This document shows positions 37,816 to 50,055 of a stretch of DNA of 64,000 bases, one piece after another. Made by a program: the position numbers and the translations under genes. Within the stretch, counting starts at the first letter, position 1. Every line of letters begins with the position of its first letter. Origin of the DNA: Eledone cirrhosa (Eukaryota); the NCBI GenBank assembly GCA_964016885.1, contig OZ024741.1, positions 297,104,001 to 297,168,000 on the forward strand, in the 5' to 3' direction. The notes under the pieces were generated by a model that was not told where the DNA came from, ran no database searches, and worked only from the letters and a program-made list of their open reading frames with translations.

Positions 37816-38375
37816 AATCAAAAATTTTGAAAGTTGTAGTAGTATAACTAACTTTTTCTTTATTAAGTTACTTGTTGGGAACATAACAGGTTCTTCCATA
37901 GAATTATGATGGAAGGTTTTTAGTTAAATATAAACATCGTCATCGATTTTACATCTGTTTTTCCACATTTGCATGAGTTAGATGGGTCCTTCTCAGCACG
38001 GCATCTCTCCACTAGCCATGTTTCTTTATCATCTCCTCTGTGAGTTTTAGCAATTTGTAGTCATCTCTCACCACCTCTGCCCAGGTATTTCTCAGTCTAC
38101 CCCTACTGCGGCTTCCATCCATTGGCATTTCCTGGCACTTCTTCACTCATAGATCATCATCCATGTGCATCACATGTCTGCACCAACAAAGTCTTCTCTC
38201 CTGTACACCATCTCAGATTCCACTTAAACCCAGCTTCTCCTTCAGTTCATCCAAGCTCTGCCTTTCTCTCACATTTATGTGGTAAATGTTAAAATAAATA
38301 ATGTTGTATGTTAGAAGCAGGTTTGGTAAGAAAATGGTTAATAAAGGAAGTAAATAACAATAATGGATCACTTAC

Positions 38376-38476
38376 AATAATGCACTTGATTGCAGTGGTT
38401 GAAGTTCAGTCAACTTGTTGAGGTCACCAATGTTTTTAGCAAGGTAAAGATCTCTACTTGGTTTCACTCCAGGCAT
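38376..38476 (-). CDS. USP8: USP8 first coding exon (the exon extends into 5' UTR to 38499)
   Basis: ATG at 38476: MPGVKPSRDLYLAKNIGDLNKLTELQPLQSSAL. Acceptor aaacctag, donor gtaagt. Confidence 0.93.
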
Positions 38477-39454
38477 CTTGTATGACTTGCAGAAATAACC
38501 TAGGTTTAAAAAAAAAAAATGTATACAAAACAAAATATGCAATAAGCAAATAGGAATGTAAAATACTTAAATCTGAACATAGATATATCAAGTACAAATG
38601 CAAAGCAATCACTGAATCTCTCAACTTGTAAATAATACACTTAGTAAAACAAAGCCAACTATAAACAAAATACCCAAAGAATAAGACCATCGGATGCCAA
38701 ATTTGTTAGCAATACAATCAGTAAAACAAAACACTTATACTAGATCTCAGATATCATCCATATTTCCTATCTAAGACATCATCTATATTTCCTGACTCAT
38801 ATTCCATAAAGCAACCACCAAAACCCGCTTTAAATACCAGTATGGGGGAAGACAGACTTTTTTTAACTGCAGCTGTCATATTATGCAGTTTCTGTATACT
38901 AGTAAACATTATCATCATCGTTTAACATTCATTTTCCACGCTAGCATGGGTTAGACGGGTTAATCCCATTTGAGGCCAGTCAGGTTTGGTGACCATGACT
39001 TGCTCATACAGAACTGTTTCTGGCTTAGTTTCTATGGCTGGATGCCTTTCCTAACGCTAACAACATTTACAATGAGTACTGTGTGCTTTTTGTCGTGACT
39101 CCTACATGACCACTTTACAGTGTGGGATGAGTGTTTTCTATCGTGACACCTTCATAACCACTTTAAAATGTGGGCTTGGTGCTTTTTGTTGACACCTACA
39201 CGACACCTACACCACTTAACAATACTTATTATTATACATATATATTGTTTGTGTGTATCATAATCATCATCATTTTATACCTGCTTTCTGTGCTGGCATG
39301 GGATAGAAGGTTCATTACCATCTAAGAGACGATATTTTGAAGAATTGCATTATAACTCTTACATTCCATATTTGGCATAGTGTCTACAGTTGGATGCCCT
39401 TCTTAACAATAACCACTTTACAGAGAGTCCTTGGCATATTTTATCGTGACACCA

Positions 39455-42400
39455 GCACTACAGTAGATGTTATAGTCTCCCCTAGTGTTGATGTGACAGT
39501 AGATGTGACAGTCTCCTCTACTAATGGTGTCACAGTAGATGTTACAGCCTCCCCAAGTGTTGGTGTCACAGTAGATGTAACAGTCTCCTCTAGAGTTGGT
39601 GTCACAGTAGATGTAATAGTCTCCTCTAGTGTTGGTGTAACAGTAGATGTTACAGTCTCCCCTAGTGTTGATGTCACAGTAGATGTGACAGTCTCCTCTA
39701 CTAATGGTGTCACAGTAGATGTTACAGCCTCCTCAAGTGTTGGTGTCACAGTAGATGTAACAGTCACCTCTAGTGTTGGTGCCACAGTATATGTAACAGC
39801 CTCCTCTCGTGTTTGTGTCGCAGTCTCCTCTAGTGTTGGTGCCACAGTAGATGTGACAGCCTCCTCTAGTGTTGGTGTCACAGTAGATGTGACAGCCTCC
39901 TCTAGTGTTGGTGTCACAGTAAATATAACAGCCTCCTCTAGTGTCACAGTAGATGTTACAGTCTCCCCTAGTGTTGGTGTCACAGTAGATGTAACATTCT
40001 CCTCTAGTGTTGGTGTCACAGTAAATATAACAGCCTCCTCTAGTGTTGGTGTCACAGTAGATGTAACAGTCTCCTCTAGTGTTGGTGTCACAGTAGATGT
40101 GACAGCCTCCTCTAGTGTTGGTGTCACAGTAGATGTGACAGCCTCCTCTAGTGTTGGTGTCACAGTAGATATGACAGGCTCTGCTAGTGTCACAGTAGAT
40201 GTAACAGTCTCCTCTAGTGTTGGTGTCACAGTAGATATAACTGTCTCTTCTAGTGTTGGTGTCACAGTAGATGTTACAGTCTCCCCTAGTGTTGTGTCAC
40301 AGATGTAACAGTCTCCTCTAGTGTTGGTGTCACAGTAGATATAACTGTCTCCTCTAGTGTTGGTGTCACAGTAGATGTAACAGTCTCTTCTAGTGTTGGT
40401 GTCACAGAAGATGTGACAGCCTCCTCTAGTGTTGGTGTCACAGTAGATGTAACAGCCTCCTCTAGTGTTGGTGTCACAGTAGATATGACAGGCTCTGCTA
40501 GTGTCACAGTAATGTAACAGTCTCCTCTAGTGTTGGTGTCACAGTAGATATAACTCTCTCTTCTAGTGTTGGTGTCACAGTAGATGTTACAGTCTCCTCT
40601 AGTGTTGTGTCACAGTAGATGTAACAGTCTCCTCTAGTGTTGGTGTCACAGTAGATATAACTGTCTCCTCTAGTGTTGGTGTCACAGTAGATGTAACAGT
40701 CTCTTCTAGTGTTGGTGTCACAGTCGATGAAACAGTCTCTTCTAGTGTTGGTGTCACAGTAGATGTAACAGTCTCCTCTAGTGTTGGTGTCACAGTAGAT
40801 ATAACAGCCTCCTCTAGTGTTGGTGTCACAGTAGATGAAACAGTCTCTTCTAGTGTTGGTGTCAGAGTAGATGAAACAGTCTCTTCTAGTGTTGGTGTCA
40901 CAGTAGATGTGACAGCCTCCTCTAGTGTTGGTGTGACAGTAAATGTAACAGTCTCCTCTAGTGTTGGTGTCACAGTAGATATAACAGTCTCCTCTAGTGT
41001 TGGTGTCACAGTAGATATAACAGCCTCCTCTAGTGTTGGTGTCACAGTAGATGAAACAGTCTCTTCTAGTGTTGGTGTCACAGTAGATGAAACAGTTTCT
41101 TCTAGTGTTGGTGTCACTGTAGATATAACAGTCTCCTCTAGTGTTGGTGTCACAGTAGATATAACAGTCTCCTCTAGTGTTGGTGTCACAGTAGATGTAA
41201 CAGTCTCCCCTAATGATGGTGTCACAGTAGATATAACAGTCTCCTCTAGTGTTGGTGTCACAGTAGATGTAACAGTCTCCCCTAATGATGGTGTCACAGT
41301 AGATATAACAGCCTCCTCTAGTGTTGGTGTCACAGTAGATGAAACAGTCTCTTCTAGTGTTGGTGTCACAGTAGATGAAACAGTCTCTTCTAGTGTTGGT
41401 GTCACAGTAGATATAACAGCCTCCTCTAGTGTTGGTGTCACAGTAGATATGACAGGCTCCGCTAGTGTCACAGTAAATGTAACAGTCTCCTCTAGTGTTG
41501 GTGTCACAGTAGATGAAACAGTCTCCCCTAGTGATGGTGTCACAGTAGATGTAACAGTCTCCTCTAGTGTTGGTGTCACAGTAGATATAACAGCCTCCTC
41601 TAGTGTTGGTGTCACAGTAGATATAACAGTCTCTTCTAGTGTTGGTGTCACAGTAGATGAAACAGTCTCTTCTAGTGTTGGTGTCACAGTAGATGTAACA
41701 ATCTCCTCTAGTGTTGGTGTCACAGTAGATATGACAGTCTCCTCTAGTGTTGGTGTCACAGTAGATATAACAGCCTCCTCTAGTGTTGGTGTCACAGTAG
41801 ATGAAACAGTCTCTTCTAGTGTTGGTGTCACAGTAGATGAAACAGTTTCTTCTAGTGTTGGTGTCACTGTAGATATAACAGTCTCCTCTAGTGTTGGTGT
41901 CACAGTAGATATAACAGTCTCCTCTAGTGTTGGTGTCACAGTAGATGTAACAGTCTCCCCTAATGATGGTGTCACAGTAGATATAACAGTCTCCTCTAGT
42001 GTTGGTGTCACAGTAGATGTAACAGTCTCCCCTAATGATGGTGTCACAGTAGATATAACAGCCTCCTCTAGTGTTGGTGTCACAGTAGATGAAACAGTCT
42101 CTTCTAGTGTTGGTGTCACAGTAGATGAAACAGTCTCTTCTAGTGTTGGTGTCACAGTAGATATAACAGCCTCCTCTAGTGTTGGTGTCACAGTAGATAT
42201 GACAGGCTCCGCTAGTGTCACAGTAAATGTAACAGTCTCCTCTAGTGTTGGTGTCACAGTAGATGAAACAGTCTCCCCTAGTAATGGTGTCACAGTAGAT
42301 GTAACAGTCTCCTCTAGTGTTGGTGTCACAGTAGATATAACAGCCTCCTCTAGTGTTGGTGTCACAGTAGATATAACAGTCTCTTCTAGTGTTGGTGTCA

Positions 42401-44765
42401 CAGTAGATGAAACAGTCTCTTCTAGTGTTGGTGTCACAGTAGATGTAACAATCTCCTCTAGTGTTGGTGTCACAGTAGATATGACAGCCTCCTCTAGTGT
42501 TGGTGTCACAGTAGATATAACTGTCTCCTCTAGTGTCACAGTAGATGTAACAGTCTCCTCTAGTGTTGGTGTCACAGTAGATATAACAGCCTCCTCTAGT
42601 GTTGGTGTCACAGTAGATGTAACAGTCTCCTCTAGTGTTGGTGTCACAGTAGATGTAAGTTTCCTCTAGTATTGGTGTCACAGTAGATATGACAGGCTCC
42701 TCTAGTGTTGGTGTCACAGTAGATGTTACAATCTCCCCTAGTGCTGTGTCACAGTAGATGTTACAGCCTCCCCTAGTGTTGGTGTCACAGTAGATGTAAC
42801 AGTCTCCTCTAGTGTTGGTGTCACAGTAGATGTAACAGTCTCCCCTAGTGATGGTGTCACAGTAGATGTAACAGTCTCCTCTAGTGTTGGTGTCACAGTA
42901 GATATAACAGTCTCCTCTAGTGTTGGTGTCACAGTAGATGTTACAGTCTCTTCTAGTGTTGTTGTCACAGTAGATATGACAGGCTCCACTAGTGTCACAG
43001 TAGATGTTACAGTCTCTCCTAGTGTTGGTGTCACAGTAGATGTAACAGTCTCTTCTAGTGTTGTTGTCACAGTAGATATTAGTCTCCTCTAGTGTTGGTG
43101 TCACAGTAGATGTTACAGTCTCCCCTAGTGATGGTGTCACAGTAGATGTAACAGTCTCCTCTAGTGTTGGTGTCACAGTAGATATAACAGTCTCCTCTAG
43201 TGTTGGTGTCACAGTAGATGTTACAGTCTCTTCTAGTGTTGTTGTCACAGTAGATATGACAGGCTCCACTAGTGTCACAGTAGATGTTACAGTCTCTCCT
43301 AGTGTTGGTGTCACAGTAGATGTAACAGTCTCTTCTAGTGTTGTTGTCACAGTAGATATTAGTCTCCTCTAGTGTTGGTGTCACAGTAGATGTTACAGTC
43401 TCCCCTAATGTTGTGTCACAGTAGATGTAACAGTCTCCTCTAGTGTTGTTGTCACAGTAGATATTACAGTCTCCTCTAGTGTTGTTGCCACAGTAGATAT
43501 TAGTCTTCTCTAGTGTTGGTGTCACAGTAGATGTAACAGCCTCCTCTAGTGTTGGTGTCACAGTAGATGTTAGTCTCCCCTAGTGTTGGTGTCACAGTAG
43601 ATGTGACAGCCTCCTCTAGTGTTGGTGTCACAGTAGATGTAACAGTCTCCTCTAGTGTTGGTGTCACAGTAAATGTCACAGCCTCCTCTAGTGTTGGTGT
43701 CACAGTAGATGTAACAGCCTCCTCTAGTGTTGGTGTCACAGTAGATGTTACAGTCTCCTCTAGTGTTGGTGTCACAGTAGATGTGACAGCCTCCTCTAGT
43801 GTTGGTATCACAGTAGATGTAACAGCCTCCTCTAGTGTTGGTATCACAGTAGATGTAACAGCCTCCTCTAGTGTTGGTGTCACAGTAGATGTGACAGCCT
43901 CCTCTAGTGTTGGTATCACAGTAGATGTAACAGCCTCCTCTAGTGTTGGTGTCACAGTAGATGTTAGTCTCCCCTAGTGTTGGTGTCACAGTAGATGTGA
44001 CAGCCTCCTCTAGTGTTGGTGTCACAGTAGATGTAACAGTCTCCTCTAGTGTTGGTGTCACAGTAAATGTCACAGCCTCCTCTAGTGTTGGTGTCACAGT
44101 AGATGTAACAGCCTCCTCTAGTGTTGGTGTCACAGTAGATGTAACAGTCTCCTCTAGTGTTGGTGTCACAGTAAATGTCACAGCCTCCTCTAGTGTTGGT
44201 GTCACAGTAGATGTAACAGCCTCCTCTAGTGTTGGTGTCACAGTAGATGTTACAGTCTCCTCTAGTGTTGGTGTCACAGTAGATGTGACAGCCTCCTCTA
44301 GTGTTGGTATCACAGTAGATGTAACAGCCTCCTCTAGTGTTGGTATCACAGTAGATGTTACAGTCTCCTCTAGTGTTGGTGTCACAGTAGATGTGACAGC
44401 CTCCTCTAGTGTTGGTATCACAGTAGATGTAACAGTCTCCTCTAGTGTTGGTGTCACAGTAGATATAACAGTCTCCTCTAGTGTTGGTGTCACAGTAGAT
44501 GTAATAGTCACCTCTAGTGTTGGTGTCACAGTAGATGTAATAGTCACCTCTAGTGTTGGTGTCACAGTAGATGTAACAGTCTCCTCTAGTGTTGGTGTCA
44601 CAGTAAATGTCACAGCCTCCTCTAGTGTTGGTGTCACAGTAGATGTAACAATCTTCTCTAGTGTTGGTGTCACAGTAGATGTTACATCCTCCTCTAGTGT
44701 CACAGCCTCCCCTAGTGTTGATGTCACAGTAGATGTAACAGCCTCCCCTAGTGTTGTTGTCACAA
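39455..44765. repeat. 36-bp minisatellite array, about 5.3 kb, in the USP8 5' intron
   Basis: Unit gtcacagtagatgtaacagtctcctctagtgttggt, with 30-, 34- and 35-bp variants and higher-order blocks. Confidence 0.97.
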
Positions 44766-45909
44766 TGGAATACTCTTAGAACTCCACCCCTCTGCAAAGT
44801 GGTAGATGAACAAACTAAGACAAAAACATAAAATAGACAGGATTCTCTGGCACTGCCGAGAACCTGGCAACCTCTCAAGTGTTGGTGCCATGGAGATCCA
44901 ATGGAGACAGTATAATTTAGAGAGCACTCTCCAGTCTGGCAAAACATACAACCTCCCTAGTGCTGGTGCCACAATAAAATGCACCTAACACACTCAGTAA
45001 GTGACGGAGCCATAACAAAATCTATCCAATACACTGTGTAAGGTAGTTGAAGGTAGGCAGAGCATCAAGCTATAGAAACCATGCCAAATATGGAGCATAT
45101 GAGGAAGATGAAGTCTCTCCATTTCATCTCTACTCTCAGACTGTGGATACTTATCCTAACCCATGCTGGCATTGATGATGATGATGATGATGATAGAAGA
45201 GTGGTCAAGACTGAGAGAAACTTGAATTACACTGCTTGTCATTGATTCTGTTTGTTTTAGAAATTATCTCTTTACATTGCAATCTATTCCATCAAGGAAC
45301 AGACAAAGACATCACTTTAAATAAACAAGCAACAAGCTTGAGCTGAAAGTCATGTCATAGGAAAAATAGATTAAAAAATTTACTCACTTAAATCACAGTA
45401 AGTGAAAGGCTCTTCTTCAGTATTGATTGTTTAATATTGGCACACGGCCATAGATTTTGAGGTAGAACTAATCAGTTGATTGAACTGACTTCACTAGTTC
45501 ATTTTATCAATCCACTCCCAGAGGGATGAAAGTCAAAGTTGACCTTGGGGAGATTTGAGCTTCAGAATGTAAATAGACAGAACTAAATTCCACAGTACCG
45601 ATTTTGATGAGTTCCCAACTTTACTCAATAGTATAAACAAAGGTTGTAGTATCTGTTATGTCATATATACATATATATGTATATATGCACCAGACCAAAA
45701 AAAGCACCTAGTCCATACTGTAAAGTGGTTGTGTAGGCAACACGGCAAAAAGCACCCAGCACACACTGTAAATGAGGTTGGTGTTAGGAAGGGCATCCAG
45801 CCGTAGAAACCAAGCCAAATCAGTTCTGTATGAGCAAATCACAGTCTCCCGATCTGATCCCTCACCAAGAGACAGCCCCCTTCCAGCGTGGAAGATGGAC
45901 ATTAAACGA

Positions 45910-45962
<53 letters not shown>

Positions 45963-47070
45963 CGTGTGTGTGTACACATATATAGAGACCAATAAAATGA
46001 TATGTAAAATTAGAATCAAAGAAAATACATTTATTACGAAAGAAGAATATATTCTGGAACATTTGATTCAGTACTCTCATGAAGGCAAAATAAACCCTAA
46101 GTGTTTTGTTTATTAAATCATTTTTAATTATTTACATTGCACCATTTTGTAATTTTGCAATATCTGCTGTTCTGAATCTAAGAAGAGAAATATCAGAGGA
46201 GAAATATGAAAAAAATCACATTTTATTTTATCATGCATGCTCCGCTGGTGAACAGCAAAGCATAAGTGAACTAAATGAGAAATTAGGTATAAGAGGAATC
46301 AGAAGCTGTTTACTCGAGAGAAGACTACGTTGGTATGGTTACATGATGCGCATGAAAGACGACAACTGTATAAAAAAGTGCAGGGTGATCAAAATTGACG
46401 GAAGCTACGGAGTAGGCAGACCCAGAAAAACTTGGGACGATTTGATAAATTCCGACCTTACACACTTACACCTCCCTAAGACAATGTCACTGGACCGAGA
46501 TCTTTGACGCCACACAGTAATACAGAAAACCCTCCTTGCCTAAGTACAAGGCGAAACCTACAGTCAGTAGGTTGTGTAGGCATCACGACAAAAAGAACCC
46601 AGTACTCACTGTAAATGAGGTTGGCACTAGGAAGGGCATCCAGCTGTAGAAACCAAGCCAAAATCAGTTCTGTATGAGCAAGACATGGTCACCTGACCTA
46701 GCATTACTCACAACAGGATAACTCGTCTAACCCATGCCAATGTGGAGACATGGATGTTAAACGGTGGTGATGATGATGATGAGTTCTACAGCAGATTCAG
46801 CTATGAAGATGGTCTCCCTTCTCTATGCCACTCTATGTTCAAGAGAAAGGCAAAAGATGATATAGCTAGAAAAATAGATGTTAGATGATGATATATTCAT
46901 TGAATACACATGCTTTTTCTTAAATTTTTGCCATTTTTTCCACTTCTCACTCTCTATCTCAGCTTTTATTTCTCATTCTATCTTCTTGCAGGACTAGTGT
47001 CCAAAACGTAAATACTCTTTTCCGACTATATCAAACATTAAACTAATATATTTATTCATTATACTGTGTT

Positions 47071-47260
47071 GGGCGGTGGATTGACAGTATCGGTAGAGGG
47101 TCGGACGCCATGCTTTCCAGCATAGTTACGTCCCTTTACGATCCGAGTTCAAATCCCGCCGAGGTTGATTTTGCCTTTCATCCTTACGGGGTCGATAAAA
47201 TAAAGTACCAGTAATGCACTGGGTAATTGCTGGCCTTGTGCCTAAAGTAGAAACAATTAT
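47071..47260 (+). mobile_element. tRNA-derived SINE with a Deu/Nin-like core
   Basis: B-box gagttcaaatccc, then gcctttcatccttacggggtcgataaaataaagtacc. Partial copies at about 47565-47685, 21030-21240 (-), 23760-23880 (-), 45430-45600 (-) and 61900-62040. Confidence 0.7.
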
Positions 47261-47833
47261 ACTGTGTTGTTTCCACTTACTTTTTGTCTATATATATATC
47301 CATATGTGGTTGACGACTGAGAGAAAGGAGTACTCAATACCAAAGTAGAGTTTTAATATTCAATATTATTAAGGCTAAAAAGTGAGTCTTGTTACCCAGG
47401 AGTTTCTCCTGAGTAACAAGACTCACTTTTTAGTCTTAATAACATTGAATATATATATGTATGTATTCGTGAATGAATAATAATAATATAATAATATTAT
47501 TAGCAGTACCAGTAATACACTGGGTAATTGCTGGCCTTGTGCCAAAAGTAGAAACAATTATTAGCCTGAGTTCAAATCTCGCCGAGGTTACCTTTGCCTT
47601 TCATCCTTACGGGGTCGATAAAATAAAACACCAGTAATGCACTGGATTAATTGCTGGCCTTGTGCCAAAAAGTAGAAGCAATTATTAATATTCAGTTTGC
47701 TTGCATTGCAAACAGCATCATAAACATCATGTGTGATTTCTGGATGACAATGTCATCCTTTTGTTCCATTGGTAGCTGAGAGAAAACAATGTATTCTCAG
47801 CATCTCCAGTGGGTAGCAGAGACGAGAGAATAC

Positions 47834-47878
47834 ACAATCTCGATAAGGAGCAATAACTCCGAAACAATTGTCGATTGT
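47834..47878 (+). ncRNA. Minimal type I hammerhead with a variant core, inside fold-back 47683-47980
   Basis: acaatc-TCGATAA-ggag-caataa-ctcc-GAAA-caattg-TC-gattgt. Stems I and II are perfect; the core has U3/A8 and U4->C. Confidence 0.7.
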
Positions 47879-48399
47879 TTTCTTTCAGCGACCGCTGGAA
47901 CAAAAATATGACGGTGTCATCTAGAAACCACACATGGTGTTTATGAGGCTTTTTACTTGAAAACAAACCGAATATTAATAATATTATGATATTATTATCA
48001 TTATATTAATAATATTATGATATCATTATCATTCACTCGCGAACACATTTAAGATCGAAAGTGTTTTAGCGGAAGACCAGCCGTTACCGATGCATACCAG
48101 TCTCCACGCCACTGATGTTGTCCAAGAGTAAAGCAGAGGTCGATACAGCTTGGCCCCAGTGGCGTCACAGCTCATTTCTACAGCTGAGTAAACTGGAGCA
48201 ACGTGAAATAAAGAGTCTTGCTTAAGGACACAACGCATTGCCTGGTCCGGTAACCGAACACACTACCTCACGATTGTGAGATCACTAACAACTAAGTCAC
48301 AAACCTTCACACGCACACATATTTATATATATATATATATAATATTAAAATTATTAAAATATAAGTATTAATAAAATAGATGTTCTTTTGATCAATTAC

Positions 48400-48452
48400 A
48401 TTTTATTATACATATTTCGGATGTACAACAGTACGTCCTCATCAGACAAAAT
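48400..48452 (-). ncRNA. Minimal type I hammerhead with a canonical core
   Basis: Minus strand reads attttgt-CTGATGA-ggacgtac-tgtt-gtacatcc-GAAA-tatgta-TA-ataaaat. It lies in the loop of the fold-back 48351-48402 / 48499-48550. Confidence 0.8.
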
Positions 48453-48630
48453 ATGATACATGACATACCCTGAGGTGTTAAATGGTTAAGATTTAATCAA
48501 TGTAATTGATCAAAAGAACATCTATTTTATTAATACTTATATTTTAATATTAATATTATTTTTCTGTTGAGTGCTTCCAATCTACTGTAAAACTCATTTT
48601 TTGACATAATCATTGAATATTGTTTAACAA

Positions 48631-48681
<51 letters not shown>

Positions 48682-49529
48682 ATATGTAGTTGGCTTGTTA
48701 CTAGTTAAGACTATTGTTCAGATTAGTACACTTATTAAGAATGTGTAGTCTAGGTATTATGATTTTCTGCTCTACGGTTGAGCTCTTGCTGTTTTGACAG
48801 CAAGTGGGTAACTTCTATGTTTTGCATAAATATTTATCATCTGTATGTGTGTTAAATGATAAATATTTATGCACAGAATACATTTGAATATTTTACGATA
48901 ACTAGAATGTCGACCTACTAGTTGTTTTATCTTTATTAGAAGACTTCGCTGTGAAATGAATAATGTGAGAAATGTAAACACTTTCAACTATTCCTCTGTA
49001 CACAGAAAAACAGATTCTCCTGCATTTCCGAGACTTATGTATCCACTAGTCCTACACACAGACAAATACACTCATATATAACAGACACACATACAAATGA
49101 GTTACAAACGAATGAAAAGAGCAACCAACACATAACGTGACATTTTAGAATATTTGTATCAAACGTTTGACTTATTCAAGAATTACCAGTGGGTTCATAG
49201 ATGTAAACACGTCATAGATGTAAACACGTTCATAGGTGTGTTTGTATAAAATAGGTGTGTCTATACATGTGTTGCTATATATGTATGTGTGTGTTGATAT
49301 GACGAGTGTGTGTATATGTGTGTGTGTTATGATGAATGCAATAATTTACGACTAAAATCCTACGAAAATCACACTTATATATCAGTTGCGCATTACATTA
49401 CTAATAACAAAGATGGTAGTTGTTGGCAACAATTAAAGAAACAAACAAACAATGCCATGACACATTAAATAGTAAAATTTAAAGTTACAAGAATGTGTTT
49501 GTAATAAAACGTCAAGAAAAGAAGCTCAC

Positions 49530-49600
49530 CTGATTTTTATAAAGTATCAACACTAAATAGCCATTTTGGTTTCCCGGCATGCACAACAAAAATAAAAAAT
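49530..49600 (-). promoter_or_regulatory. USP8: Probable USP8 non-coding first exon and core promoter
   Basis: Strong donor cag|gtgagc at 49529, a YY1-like AAAATGGC (49560-49567) and a ZNF143/SBS-like TTCCCGGCATGCA (49571-49583), in non-repetitive sequence. Confidence 0.6.
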
Positions 49601-49939
49601 AGACTGGGAGGATAAATGTCGAAACGAAACTCTGGGAAAAGATGTTATTTTTGTATTACCGTTGTCTTTGAACGGTATGGGTGTAATAGAAAGAAATTAA
49701 TGGGTTTCTTTGGTGAAAATAGTGACGAAAGAAACCCATAATAGATGGATAGACACACGCATAAAACAGGCAGCACGCGCGCGTTTTTATATACATATAT
49801 GTATTTGATGTTTTGATTCCTCACATTTGTATATATATATATATTATACATCATTAACACTGGGTAATTGCTGCCCTTGTGCCAAAAGTAGAAACAACTA
49901 TCATATATATATATACATACATAGACACACACACATAAA

Positions 49940-50055
49940 CGAGGGTGGGCTGAAATGTTCATAGGCTGACTATAAAGGAGTGATGCTAGGGCTGTGAAAT
50001 CTTTCATGCATTAATTTCAACACTTCTTATTGATAACTGCATTGTTTCTTTCTAG
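49940..50055 (+). mobile_element. Mariner-type terminal fragment
   Basis: Begins with the TIR-like cgagggtgggctgaaatgttcataggctgac. Confidence 0.45.

Noticed and set aside
39455-44765. CRISPR-like array (36-bp repeats)
   Set aside because: The units are head-to-tail with no unique spacers, there are no cas genes, and the context is eukaryotic.
39337-44947. Very long ORFs (948 aa CYIYCDTNTRGD repeat; 682 aa mucin-like TVTPTLEE; 586 aa VTVDVTVSSSVG) as a novel repeat protein
   Set aside because: The 36-bp unit is stop-free in three frames by chance. The 34- and 35-bp variants shift frame repeatedly, there is no signal peptide or clear splice context, and the array lies in a USP8 intron.
47071-47165. 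tRNA gene
   Set aside because: A B-box is present but the cloverleaf is not intact and it runs into a SINE core, so it is a SINE head.
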